Source: Octopus bimaculoides (lineage: Eukaryota). Taken from it: a DNA stretch of 51,635 bases. Every line of letters starts with the position of its first letter. The stretch's first letter is position 1. Positions 1 through 12,889 of this stretch are shown in pieces. The stretch lies in contig NC_068994.1 in the NCBI RefSeq assembly GCF_001194135.2, positions 42,509,995 through 42,561,629 on the forward strand, in the 5' to 3' direction. The notes under the pieces were generated by a model. It ran no database searches. It was not told the origin of the DNA and saw only the letters and a program-made list of their open reading frames with translations. The position numbers and the translations under genes were made by a program.

Positions 1-55
<55 letters not shown>

Positions 56-699
56 CACACACACACACATATATGTACATACACATGGCTAAATATATAT
101 ACATGTATGTGTATATATGTATATACACAAGTATATGTGTATGTATTGATATGTACATGTTTGTATATACATATTCATATCCATATCTATCAATCAATCT
201 ATCTACCTACCTCCCTACCTACCTACCTATCTACCTACCTACTTACCTATCTATCTATATATCTATCTACCTGTCTATCTATCTATAATATATGTAAGGA
301 GAATTCTATATCAAATTGACAAATAAAGAAAAAACTGCTTAATCCCAATATGAATATAATATTAAAATTTTGAAATGAGAAATATATGCATAGACATTAC
401 ACACTCATATATATGTATGTATGTATGTGTATGTGTGTGTATGCATGTATGTATGTATGTATGTAGTTATGCATGTATGTATATATAGGTTTTTTATGTA
501 TATAAATATGTACATATATATATTTACGTATGTATAAAGGTGATGGATATGTGTATGTATGTTTTCTTATAACTGTATATGTGCTTAATATTATGAACAT
601 GTGGGTATGTACTGTACATGTGGGTGGATGTATGTATTTTGTGTACTGTGAGACTCAGAATTACAATGTGGTTTGAGAGTATATATTGAAAAAAATAGC

Positions 700-731
<32 letters not shown>

Positions 732-803
732 TATGTACACACACACACATAAATACATGCATGTAAAACTGATATACATAATATATCACAGCATATGTAT
801 GTT

Positions 804-846
<43 letters not shown>

Positions 847-1060
847 CATGCAACATAATCCACAGATACAGGTATATATAGTAATGTAAACATACAGCCA
901 TCTGTGCATTGCTAAACTGACATACAATACATACATATGCACACATATATGCATACATACATATATACGTACATACATATGTACATATATCCATGCAGAG
1001 AGAGAAGATATATATATATATATATATATACACATATGCATACATATATAAATTAGATAA
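1..1060. repeat. Compound (TA)n/(CA)n/(TATC)n/(TACA)n microsatellite field; similar fields occur throughout the window
   Basis: Directly visible simple repeats. Confidence 0.95.
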
Positions 1061-1336
1061 TCACTTTTGTTGAGTAGCCCCTTTTCTCATTAATTTTGTT
1101 TATGGAGAATCATTGAAATCAATGTAAGGTGTATTTTCCACACCTAGAAATTTAATGTCTCATTCTTTTGTCCCTACTGTAGTTGAAAATCAGATTTATT
1201 CGAAATTCACTTTGATTAATTTCTTAGCTCTTCTTTAAACTATGTCACTTCAACCAGCCTAATCACATCATAAGTTACCATTTTTTTTTCTTTTACATAC
1301 ATACCAACTGTAGTAATTTTCTCAATCTCAACCACA

Positions 1337-1426
<90 letters not shown>

Positions 1427-2418
1427 CTTATGTATTGAGTCATTGTGCACTTCCAGTGATTAAATATCTTGCTCAGGGGACTTGAAAATTGTTCTGCCTA
1501 GGTACATATGTGTCTATCTATTCTATAGCTTCTGGCATGTATTTAAGCATCCTAAGTTATTATATTCACCAATTAGAGAACTCCAACTGTATTTTTCACA
1601 ACCTTTCTAACACAGTTTGTATTTCTTAGTGATAAAAATATATATATACCTTTATAGGTATGTATATATATATATATGTATATAGTTACAGCCTAATTTG
1701 GAAGCAGTTGTACAATATTGTATCCATTTATTTTGTTATATTAGATTTTTGACAAAGGCTTCATTAGTTACTGGTTTACAGTATCACACTCTTTGGTTCA
1801 CTGTATTTATGATAGTGAGAGTGACAAGGGATCATTGTTCAACTTGAGCAGAACAAATATTGCTGGGTATTTTATTTGAAAAATGTACCAGTGTCGAGGT
1901 TTTCTTGCTGACATTAATATCTTTAATACACATATATATACCTTTATAAATGCATATATCCACACACACACACTCTCTCTCTCTCTCTCACTCATGCACA
2001 TATAATCATAGAAATGCATCTGGGAATCTGATAGGGGGCAGTACTGGGTAGATATGGTGCTTTTACACCTTTTATCATAAATGAGAATTTGTTTTCTCCA
2101 CAATAACTGCAGTGAGTTTGCCTTTTGAAGGTGAAGTATGTCACAAACATATTTTAACTAACCTAAAGTTTGCATGTGTGTATGTGTGTATATATATATA
2201 TATATACATAAAAGTAGAACGTTGGAATGAGTGCTCATCACCTCATTTGTGGATAAATAATTTCTTTATTTGTGAATTAAGGCTATCATTGGTTTCATGT
2301 TAAGAAGAGTGGGAAAATATCCAAATATCTTAACAATTTTTCAAACCGATCACATAGAGAAAGGTATTCACCTCCATTTTGGAAAACAGTTTATATATAT
2401 ATATATATGATATACATG

Positions 2419-3076
2419 CTGGACTGGTTCCTTGTGCAGGTGGCACGTAAAATACACCATTTTAAGTGTGGCTGTTGCCAGTACCGCCTGACTGGCCAGC
2501 CCACTTATGCATACCTTTCCTCCATTGGAAACTAAACTCCACTTGCAAAGACCTGTTGAGGCAAGTGAAATTGAAACTGAACTAAATTCGACGACTGGCC
2601 CCCATGCCAACATCTCCTCCATTGGACACTAAACTCTGCTTGCGAAGACCTGTTGGGGCAAGCGAAAGCGAAATCGTGATGGCACCACCATTTGAGCATG
2701 ATCGTTACCAGCGTTGCCTTCCTGACACTTGTGCCACAGCTTCGCGCTCCTGGCACTTGTGCCAGTGGCACGTGAAAAGTCATTCGAGCGAGATCGTTGC
2801 CAGTGCCCCTGGACTGGCTCCTGTGCATGTGGCACGTAAAATACACCATTTTGAGTGTGGCTGTTGCCAGTACCGCCTGACTGGCCTTCATGCCGGTGGC
2901 ACGTAAAAGTACCCAGTACACTCTCAGAGTGGTTGGCATTAGGAAGGGCATCCAGCTGTAGAAACTCTTCCAAATCAGATTGGAGCCTGGTGTAGACATC
3001 TGGTTCACCATTCCTCAGTCAAATCATCCAACCCATGCTAGCATGGAAAGTGGATGTTAAACGACGATGATGACGA
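2419..3076 (+). mobile_element. RTE-type 3'-end repeat with (GAT)n tail and an internal ~78-bp direct repeat
   Basis: Ends ...ggaagggcatccagctgtagaaac...ccaacccatgctagcatggaaagtggatgttaaacgacgatgatg. Segment 2419-2498 recurs at 2811-2888. Confidence 0.8.
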
Positions 3077-4937
3077 TATATATATATATATATAGTAGGT
3101 TCATGCACAATTTTCATCACCCAAATTCCACTCATAAAGCAATAACCAATACACACCATTGTGAACCCATTGCACAAACAGAATATCCAAGCCCAAGGTG
3201 TCACTCAGTCAAGTGGGATCCAGAATTATGTAGATTTGGAACAACTGATTCAATCATATGGTCATGTTTGCATCTATTTTATGGTAAACTCTCAATTCAA
3301 AAATGTCCATCACCAGATGGATATCTTCCTTCATATAAGAAAGCCCCATCAATGCCATAAGTGACTCATAGAATTTGGGTGTCTTCATAACATGATAAAT
3401 ACCACTAAGATCGATTTTGGTCTTTATCCCTTTGAGAGCTGAGGACCAATTCTTCTTTTAGAATTGATCCTCTGATTCAAATTTATGTGAAATGATAAAC
3501 AACTGATTATTGTTAATGTGAATATATTAAGATGAGGAAAAATTCTGAAATTTAATAAAAGTCATAACACAGAAGAGAACCCAATCTATTTGCCCTTGTT
3601 ATACTTTTTGGGTCTGAATTTTGATGGGAAAGATGCATATATTTTATGTATGTATATATTTATATTTGTGTGTAGCACATGTGTGTGTGTGCATGTGCAT
3701 GCGTGTATTTGCATGTGTCTGTTTTCCCTCAGAGGAGCATTGTTAATTGAATTAATCCTCAGTACATAGTTATAGGCAATGAGTAGGCAGAATAATTCAT
3801 TTAAATATCTTGCAGTATTTGTTCTGGTTTCTTGAACAATGAAATCAAATCTTGCTGTGGTTAACTATACCTTTTCATTTGAAAGAGAGAGTGAGTTGAT
3901 GAAAAAATACAAATCCAGCAAGGAGAGTAGGCAAAAATGTAAGAATATCAAACCAGATGCCTTGCAGTAGTATCTGTTTTATTCTCTGATTTCTTAGTAA
4001 AACCACCAAATTTCCCAACCTTCAAGCCTGGTGTAGTAGATAAGATGAATCTTTGAAACAAAAGATGGCACAAAATAGCTGTGTGGAACTAAATAAAGGG
4101 TGCTTCCTACAAAAGGCCTATCCTATGTGTCCTAGAAAATGAATGGAGACCTATGTGCCTGAGAGAATGGATGAATGGAGGCATATATTCCCTACAAAAA
4201 TGAATGAGTGAAATATAGTTTGTACACATTTTTATTGACTCCAGATAAAGTTGAGATGATATCATACTCAACCAGAATTTGAACTTAGAATGCAGAGGAA
4301 TAAAACTAAGAACTGTACTGTAACTTGCTCTTCAATTACTTCCACTTCACCACTTTCAATGTATTATTAATATTGTCATGTTTTATGTTTGAAAAGAAAA
4401 GAGGAAAAAAAAAATTACAGCAGCATTCATAACTCTTCTGTCAATATGTTGTGTATTGGTGCCGTGATTTTAAAATAGATTTTTTCCCCACTTAATATCT
4501 GCTAGAAATATAACAAATGCCCTTTTAGGTGATTTTTGAGATAGTGGTTGTATAAGGAAGGGGAAGAGGTAAAAAAAAATGGAAGCCATGGATTTTAAAG
4601 AATAAAAAGCTGCTGGAATTCAAAAAGTATGGTTAATTAAAAATGTGATGGATGCAGTGAGCTTGACTCACATATGTATGTGTATATGTGTGTTTGTATT
4701 GGTGTGTATGCGTGTTTGTATTTGTGTGTGCATGTTTGTGCCTATGCATAAACATATATGCATATGCATATGTATGCGTGTGCATGCATGAACATGTCTA
4801 TGCATGAATGTATGCATGTGATTGCTTGCGTGTACACGAATATACATTTAAATATATGCATACATGTATAAGTGTAAATGTATACATTTATATATTTATA
4901 TACATTTGTATACAAACACACACACACACACATATAC

Positions 4938-4968
<31 letters not shown>

Positions 4969-5082
4969 AAGAGAGAGAAGGACATATATATATATATATA
5001 TACATACATATATGCATATATATAAATTCATGTATGTATATGTGTGTGTGTATATATATATACATGTATATATATATATATA

Positions 5083-6013
5083 NNNNNNNNNNNNNNNNNN
5101 NNNNNNNNNNNNNNNNNNNNNNNNNNNNNNNNNNNNNNNNNNNNNNNNNNNNNNNNNNNNNNNNNNNNNNNNNNNNNNNNNNNNNNNNNNNNNNNNNNNN
5201 NNNNNNNNNNNNNNNNNNNNNNNNNNNNNNNNNNNNNNNNNNNNNNNNNNNNNNNNNNNNNNNNNNNNNNNNNNNNNNNNNNNNNNNNNNNNNNNNNNNN
5301 NNNNNNNNNNNNNNNNNNNNNNNNNNNNNNNNNNNNNNNNNNNNNNNNNNNNNNNNNNNNNNNNNNNNNNNNNNNNNNNNNNNNNNNNNNNNNNNNNNNN
5401 NNNNNNNNNNNNNNNNNNNNNNNNNNNNNNNNNNNNNNNNNNNNNNNNNNNNNNNNNNNNNNNNNNNNNNNNNNNNNNNNNNNNNNNNNNNNNNNNNNNN
5501 NNNNNNNNNNNNNNNNNNNNNNNNNNNNNNNNNNNNNNNNNNNNNNNNNNNNNNNNNNNNNNNNNNNNNNNNNNNNNNNNNNNNNNNNNNNNNNNNNNNN
5601 NNNNNNNNNNNNNNNNNNNNNNNNNNNNNNNNNNNNNNNNNNNNNNNNNNNNNNNNNNNNNNNNNNNNNNNNNNNNNNNNNNNNNNNNNNNNNNNNNNNN
5701 NNNNNNNNNNNNNNNNNNNNNNNNNNNNNNNNNNNNNNNNNNNNNNNNNNNNNNNNNNNNNNNNNNNNNNNNNNNNNNNNNNNNNNNNNNNNNNNNNNNN
5801 NNNNNNNNNNNNNNNNNNNNNNNNNNNNNNNNNNNNNNNNNNNNNNNNNNNNNNNNNNNNNNNNNNNNNNNNNNNNNNNNNNNNNNNNNNNNNNNNNNNN
5901 NNNNNNNNNNNNNNNNNNNNNNNNNNNNNNNNNNNNNNNNNNNNNNNNNNNNNNNNNNNNNNNNNNNNNNNNNNNNNNNNNNNNNNNNNNNNNNNNNNNN
6001 NNNNNNNNNNNNN
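5083..6013. other. Assembly gap; other gaps at 7035-7044, 13757-14047, 16453-16462, 21928-22239, 27754-28439, 32876-33104 and 34428-34490
   Basis: Runs of N, mostly flanked by (TA)n. Confidence 1.
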
Positions 6014-6274
6014 TATACATATATATGTATGTATGTATGTAATATCAGTCTATGTATGCATGCATGTTGTGTAGTGTGTTGTGTGTGTAATAATAGATTT
6101 CAAAAGAACAAAAGAGAAATATAAAGTAAAGAGGGAAATATTGGATACTTGAAGTGACACGTATTTAAGGAGAGCTGAGAGATAAATCATATTGGATTCA
6201 CAATTTATATATTTATTGATAATTATAAAAAGTTGAGCTTATGATGATTTTTAATCCCACATATCAGCAGGGTG

Positions 6275-6428
6275 ATGAGGATTATGGTGACAACGATGAC
6301 AACGACGACGATGACGATGATGATGGTGATGGTAAGGATGATGATGATGATGATGATGATGAAGACATTGATGCCAATATTACCAGTGCTGACAACGATG
6401 GCAGTGGCTGTGGTGGCAGTGATGATGA

Positions 6429-6460
<32 letters not shown>

Positions 6461-6585
6461 ATGATGGTGGTGGTGATGGTGGTTATGGTGGTGGTGGTGG
6501 TGGTGACAACAGCAATAATTTTGAAGATGATGGTGTTGTTGTTGTTGGTGGTGGTGAGGATAATGATGACGATGATGACTACATG
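6275..6585. repeat. Compound (GAT)n/(GGT)n/(GAC)n trinucleotide microsatellite
   Basis: Directly visible. Similar tracts occur at 26960-27050 and 30300-30600. Confidence 0.85.
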
Positions 6586-7263
6586 CACGACTACATTCAT
6601 ATTTGGTAAGCTATCTCGCTGCTTTCAGTTCTAATTCCTCCAGATTTAAATGTTGCTCATTCTAGGACGATATATGTATCAGCAGCAGAGTGAAATCAGT
6701 TTAATCAGTTAAGATAATCTCCTGCAATGATCAAATACAGAGCCTGTGTACAGGGAAGGGGTAACAAAAATCACTTGACTCCTCCCTCCATCCCTCCTCT
6801 GTGCCCTGGGAAGAAGTGTGAAGAGCACAAAGTTCCCTTCAGCATATCAAACTCCTAAATTAAGAAAGGAGTACCAAAGTGTTTTTCTCCTAGGTGCTGA
6901 AAACCTTTGCTAAACCTGGCATAGTTCTATGGTAAAGAAGCCTGTTCCACAGCTACATCATCATGGGTTCAATTTCACTATACTGCACTTTACATGTCTT
7001 TTATCATATCATCATCATCATCATCATCATCGTTNNNNNNNNNNACATATCTATATATATACATACATACATATATATATATAAATATATATTTTGGGTT
7101 GGCAACTAAGTTCCCTGCTGTTTTTCTAAATTAAAATTTTTTAAAAGGTTTAATAAAAAATAACAACTAATTAATCAATAATGTATTCACCCTTGTTGTT
7201 TACTACTTCTTCCCAACATTCAACAAGATTTTCAATACTTTGTTGGTAGAAATATGTAGGTGC

Positions 7264-7417
7264 AGGAGTGGGTGTGTAGTAAGAAGCTTGCTTCCCAACC
7301 ACATAGTTCTGGGTTCAGTCCCACTGCATAGTACCTTGAGCAAGTTTCTTCTACTATTGCCTTGAGTCGACCAAAGCCTTGTGAGTGGATTTGGTACATG
7401 GAAACTGAAAGAAGCCC

Positions 7418-7477
<60 letters not shown>

Positions 7478-7925
7478 ACCACATGTGAATTGTTAGTGAT
7501 TTTCTTCCTTCATCTTCCCTTCTATTGGACTTTCCTCTGTTTCCAAAGAAGAGCGTCTACTCAAAACGTTATAACATCTTTCTTTTCTTCCCTGAGCCTC
7601 TGCTAATACTTTACATGTACCACATCCTTGTGTTGTCGTTTTTTTTGTATTTGTTTTTCTTTTTGGGATTTACTATATATATATATATATATGAAGTTAT
7701 ATATGTATTTGTGTGTCTGTGTTTGACCCTCCAATATCGCTTGATACCTAATGCTGGTGTGTTTATGTACCCGTAACTTAGCAGTTCAGCAAAAGAGAAT
7801 GATTTTCTAAGTACTAGGCTTACAAAGACTAAGTCCTGGGGTTGATGTGTTTAATTAAAGACAGTGCTCCAGCATGGCCACAATCAAATAATTGAAACAA
7901 ATAAAAGAATAAAAGAAACGCAAAA
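7264..7925 (+). mobile_element. SINE family A copy, split by (TA)n and an inserted segment
   Basis: Head at 7264-7410 and tail at 7710-7925 match the 16274 copy. Confidence 0.7.
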
Positions 7926-8339
7926 GAATAAAATGCATACATGTATCCAGTTTGAGTCTACCAACTCTGTTTGCACTGTTTTGGTTGTCCTGGGGTTATA
8001 AAAGAAGTCCCTTGCTCAATATGCCATGCAATGGGACTGAATCAGAAATTATGTGGTTGTAAAGTGAACACTGCTGTTTCTAGCAAATCAAATAACTACG
8101 CAGTGGTTACCTTATTGACTCATGGATGTATTAGTTTTGTCCTTATGTAAAGATCATATCACATGAGGACATTTTACCTTTTAAGTAATGGAGGAAGAAA
8201 AAATGAGTAAATGACTATATGAAAAGTTTAAGATGAGAAAAAGTGAAAATTTTTCCATCAGCAGATATTTCTGGCATCTACTTAACAGAATGAAATTAGT
8301 GACCAACCCAAAAGTTCAGAACAAGTACAGTTTTCTTTG

Positions 8340-9210
8340 TATGTGTATGTTTATCTATCTATCTATACACACACACATACACAAATATATACATACATGC
8401 AAATATATGTGTGTGTGTGTATGTATAAGTATAAATATATACAAATGTATATATTATATGTATATATTGATTGGGCCACAAAGGCTCAAAATAAAAATAT
8501 ACACACATGTGTATGTATTTGAAAAATCTTGATAAAGGTAGATAAAACACTAGAACCCACTTGTGTTTTCAATACATCTTTTAAAGGTATAATTACCTCT
8601 CTCTCTCTCTCGACCCTATCTCTCTCTATCTATCTCTCTATCTATCTATACACACACACACACATACAAATATACATGTGTGTAAGCATGAGTATAAATA
8701 TGTACAAAGGTATATATATTATATACATATTGATTGGGCCACAGCGGCTCAGAATATACTTACATATGTCATCATCATCATCATTATCGTTTAACGTACG
8801 TTTTCCATGCTGGCATGGGTTGGACGGTTTGACTGATGTCTGGAAAGCCAGCGGCTGCACCAGGCTCCAATCTGATCTGGCAATGTTTCTACAGCTGGAT
8901 GCCCTTCCTAACACCAATCACTCTGAGAGTGTAGTGGGTGCTTTTTACGTGCCACCAGCACAGGAACCAGTCAAGCGGCCCTGGCATTGATTACATTCAG
9001 ATAGTGCTTTTTTACGTGCAACTGGCATGGGACCTGGTATCGACTATGGTCGGATGGTGCTTTTCACATATGTGTGTGTAAGTATATATACACACACAGA
9101 TACACATACACACATCTGTGTATGTATCTGAAAAATCTTGATAAAGATAGATAAAACACTAGAACCCAATTGTGTTTTCAATGCATCTTTTAAAGATATA
9201 ATTACCTATA
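8340..9210 (+). repeat. Local tandem duplication of a ~260-bp unit; the second copy is interrupted by an RTE insertion
   Basis: attgattgggccaca occurs at ~8467 and ~8729. gaaaaatcttgataaag..agataaaacactagaaccca occurs at 8521-8597 and 9131-9207. Confidence 0.85.
8770..9065 (-). mobile_element. RTE-type 3'-end repeat with 8-bp TSD ACATATGT
   Basis: Reverse complement of the same family. ACATATGT flanks it at 8762-8769 and 9066-9073. Confidence 0.8.
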
Positions 9211-9284
9211 TCTATCTAATTATCTATCTATCTGTCTGTCGTCTGTCTGTCTGTCTTGTGTTGTATGTGTATATACATATTCAG

Positions 9285-9336
<52 letters not shown>

Positions 9337-9460
9337 ACAAAGAAGTGTTATACACACACGCGCACATGCACACAAAGACATAATACATACACATATGCAC
9401 ACGAACAGTCACACCTAAATAAGCAATAAAGTGCATTTCATGCTGAAATAGCTTTCTTAC

Positions 9461-9591
9461 CTCAGCTATTTCCCTTAACAATTCCAAGGGGAGGAAAAGA
9501 TTTATATCCTGGCATTGTTGTATTTCCTTCGATCTATACTGTAGTTTCTTCTTTCTTTTGTAGTCCTTGCTGAATTTAGTGTGAACTTGTA
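9461..9591 (-). other. Candidate internal exon (131 nt), coding or 5' UTR, gene unknown
   Basis: Acceptor TTTTCCATCATGTATTCAG|TA, strong donor GAG|GTAAGA. Only one frame is open: (V)QVHTKFSKDYKRKKKLQYRSKEIQQCQDINLFLPLELLREIAE. Confidence 0.35.
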
Positions 9592-10372
9592 CTGAATACA
9601 TGATGGAAAATACGATGGTATTGGAGTGGAGGTGGAATATTTGAAGATAAGGTAGAATGGAAATCAACACATCGGATTTTTTTTTTCTTGTTGTTTTGTT
9701 TTCTTATTTGATGTTTTACTTTCCCTGCCTCATTTTTGTTGTTCGACATGATTGTCAGTTAAACACTATTAACTGCTGTCAAATACTAATATGATATATG
9801 GGGAAAGAATTCATTCAAATTCAGCCATCTAGTACCATGTATTTAAAAGAAAACTATTCTAAAGCTACCTTAGGGTCTAGACTCTCTTGTACAAACTTAA
9901 AATTTAATTATGCTTCAGAAAAAAAAAGCAAGAGAACACATAAAACATTGATTTTTTTTCTTCCTTTTTCTTTCATGAGTAAACCAAACAATTTGGAATT
10001 ATTCTCGTCTTGTGTTCCACAGAATAGCAAGAACATTAACAAACTTCTTATGTCAAAGATGGTGATTACTTATTACTGTCAGTATTAATCAGCACAGAAA
10101 AAATTGGTTTTAATATTCTTAATTTACTAAATTATTTGATTCAGTTATTACAGAATTTGATAAATCTGAATCCTTGGCAAATGAAGATCAATTAATTACT
10201 TCAAAGTAGCATTTTTTTTTGTTTCACGTTTCTTAGCAAATTCTAGGAATTATAATTAATTTGTGACTTTCCTTTAATATCGCTTATTTTCTTTTTCTGC
10301 TTTCTTTTTGTTTTGCTTTGCTTTGCTTTGCTTTTTTTTTTTAGAGAAGATATTATTAAATGATATGTTCTG

Positions 10373-10810
10373 ATATGGTTGTGTGGTTAAGAAAGTTGCT
10401 TTGCAATGACATGGTTTCAGGTTCAGTCCCATTGCATGACACTATTGGCAAGATTGTTCTACTATAGACCTGGGCTGACCAAAGACTTGTGTGTGAATTA
10501 GGTAGATTGAAACTATGGAAACCCATTATATCTACACAGACACACATACACACACATGTATGTGTATACATACATACATATGTATATATGTATGTATGTG
10601 TGTGCATCTTTATGTTGCCCCCCCCCCACTACCACCTGATAACTACTGTTGGTTTGTTTAACTTCTCACTACATAACAGTTCAACAAAAGAGACTGATAG
10701 AATAAGCATAAGACTTTAAAATGAATTCTGGGGTCAATTTGTTCAACCAAACCCTTCAAAGCTCTGCCCCAGCATGGCTTCAGTCTGATAACTGAAACTA
10801 GTAATAGATA
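10373..10810 (+). mobile_element. SINE family A copy
   Basis: Head and tail motifs with an internal CA/TA microsatellite. Confidence 0.7.
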
Positions 10811-11799
10811 AAATAATCCTTAACAACCACTGACAATAATTTACAAACAGCCACCATTGATACTGTTATAATAACTGGTTTATATGAAGAAGAGAATACA
10901 GATATTGACAAATAATAATTATTCGTTAGTAAGTATCTTTTGCCTACTTATGCTGAAGTTAGTGAGGGATTTGAAGAGAATTTCAAGAAAAGTGCATCTT
11001 CATTGACTAGACTATGAAAATATGATTTACTTCATCCTTCCATGTGTGATTTATTTGCTGTTTCCTGTGCTATGAGAATGGCATTTGTTGTGTCAAAATA
11101 TCAGCTGTTGACAATTTGTATAAATTGTATATCATACTGAAATGGTCTTATTATCATTCTCCTAACAGTACTAATGATTGCTCCATATATATTTTTCAAT
11201 TATAAACATAGTATGTTTGAGATTATAAAAGACTCATAGGACAGCTTTACTAATGAATGCTAGCATGGTTCAGTGATGTTAAATGATAAACATATAATTA
11301 TTTATTCATTACATATAACAGTGTGATGAATAGAATCAATTACTTGAACACCTTTAATCAGAGATATTCATTAATAAATAATCAGTGCTATTGACTTGAG
11401 GGGATAGGGAAATGGGAATTATAACAATATAATGTTTACTCAGAACAACCAAAGCATAAGTGAAACGAAATAGTAGTTACAATCAGAAATTAGAGTGAGT
11501 TGAAGATTTTCTATTTTGTGTTGGATATTTGATCATACCAATTTCGGTTTCCAAACAACTTTTGTTTAAATCTTGGTGAGACAGTTATATTCAGGATTAT
11601 AATCACCATCTTAGTAGAATCATTATGGCCTTTTATAGTTTAATCAATTCTGGTGCTTGGCTTCTGAGTATAAATCCTACTGAGGTCGAATTTGTTTGAC
11701 TTTCCAGTGTCCATAAAATTAAATAGTTTAATACAGTGTTCATTTTGTCTACTGATACAAGGCGTCTCATGTTTCTTCATGCAACAAACAAGGGTTCAG

Positions 11800-12806
11800 A
11801 ATCTTGAATGAATTTTCTCAGTATTGCTCATGGTTCAAGAGTGGATGAAGATATAAACCTCAATGACCATTGTATTCCTGTGTGGAGCACTGTGACCAGT
11901 GCTGTCTTAAGTCATGAACACACTGGACAATTGCTTAGGGTACCCACAGGTCAAGTAGTCCAATACAATTTTATGTATGCTGTGATTATGCATGTAGGGA
12001 GCCCAGTTTATTGCTTTGCTGTTAATAGGGCCCTGACAGTCACCATAGATATTATTAGAGATGAAACTGTATTACACAGACTCTATAATTAATAGGCGAT
12101 GTGTAATATTTTGTTATCATGCCCAACCTAAGGTGAAAGTCATAAGAAGAAGAGGAAGATCACCCTCACCAATGCCAGCACCATCGTACCCACTGCTGCT
12201 ACTGTTGGCAGGTGGTTTCTGCCCTGTTTCATGTTTATGTGGCAGGGTCCTTGGTGTGCAAAACGGCAGCCTGCACCTTCCTCTCCATGCCAGCAGACAC
12301 CCTTCAAATAGAATTTGCATATTCGTGTGTGCTGTCTCTTTCTATCCTTTTTGTTATATGGATAGTCAGGTTTGCTTCTTTCTTTGGGTGTTTCATCTTT
12401 TGTTTTAGTTTTAGTTTTAGTTTTTCCTGCTTTTAATTCTTCTTTCTTGGCCCTTTCACCTCCATGGTTTTTCATTTTAATGGTGGTGGGGGCACTTTCA
12501 CTCGGGTTTACTTTCCGGGCAAGTTACCAAGTGGGGGTAACATCTTTCATCTGCATCCGTACCCCCATCCTTGTCATCTTTGCTGTGTTTATTATCAAAG
12601 ATGGCATCAAGAGTGCTGATATGGGGTCTTATGAGAGCATAGGAACGTGTAAACTCCTGCTTCTTTCATTCTATCTGTGCTAATGTTCTCGTGTAACCAT
12701 TGCTCTTCAGCGCAGCAGTGATTATATTATTTGGGTTTTCTCCTTCAGCACAGCGCCAGGCTCTCAAAAACAATGCCAATTCCACGCTTCTCCAGGTTCT
12801 GGACAT
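11800..12806 (-). pseudogene. Degenerate ORF with a Myb/SANT-like N-terminus and a CCCH zinc finger, probably retrotransposon ORF1-like
   Basis: From ATG 12806: MSRTWRSVELALFLRAWRC...AALKSNGYTRTLAQIE*KKQEFTRSY. After stops and a frameshift come a Lys-rich linker and ICKFYLKGVCWHGEEGAGCRFAHQGPC (C-x7-C-x8-C-x3-H, from 12319). The region is GC-richer than its flanks. Confidence 0.55.
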
Positions 12807-12889
12807 TTTTGTGGTTAATTTATTAATTTATCTATCTATCTATTTATTTATTTATTATTATTATTTTAAAATTTTAACAGTGTGATGGA

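Noticed and set aside
73-1443. ORFs rich in YI/CV/HT repeats (also at 19333-19893, 29146-29877, 30786-31223, 37234-37515, 43886-44323 and 49534-49890)
   Set aside because: These are translations of (TA)n/(TG)n/(CA)n microsatellites, which lack stop codons.
3067-3400. 97-aa ORF with KCPSPDG resembling the LINE KAPGPDG motif
   Set aside because: A single short motif with no neighbouring RT motifs recognisable; too weak to call.
4808-6124. Long X-containing ORFs here and across the other N gaps
   Set aside because: Artefacts of translating assembly gaps.
7264-7340. tRNA-like heads here and in other copies as real tRNA genes
   Set aside because: No cloverleaf or anticodon arm can be built, and each continues into a SINE body.
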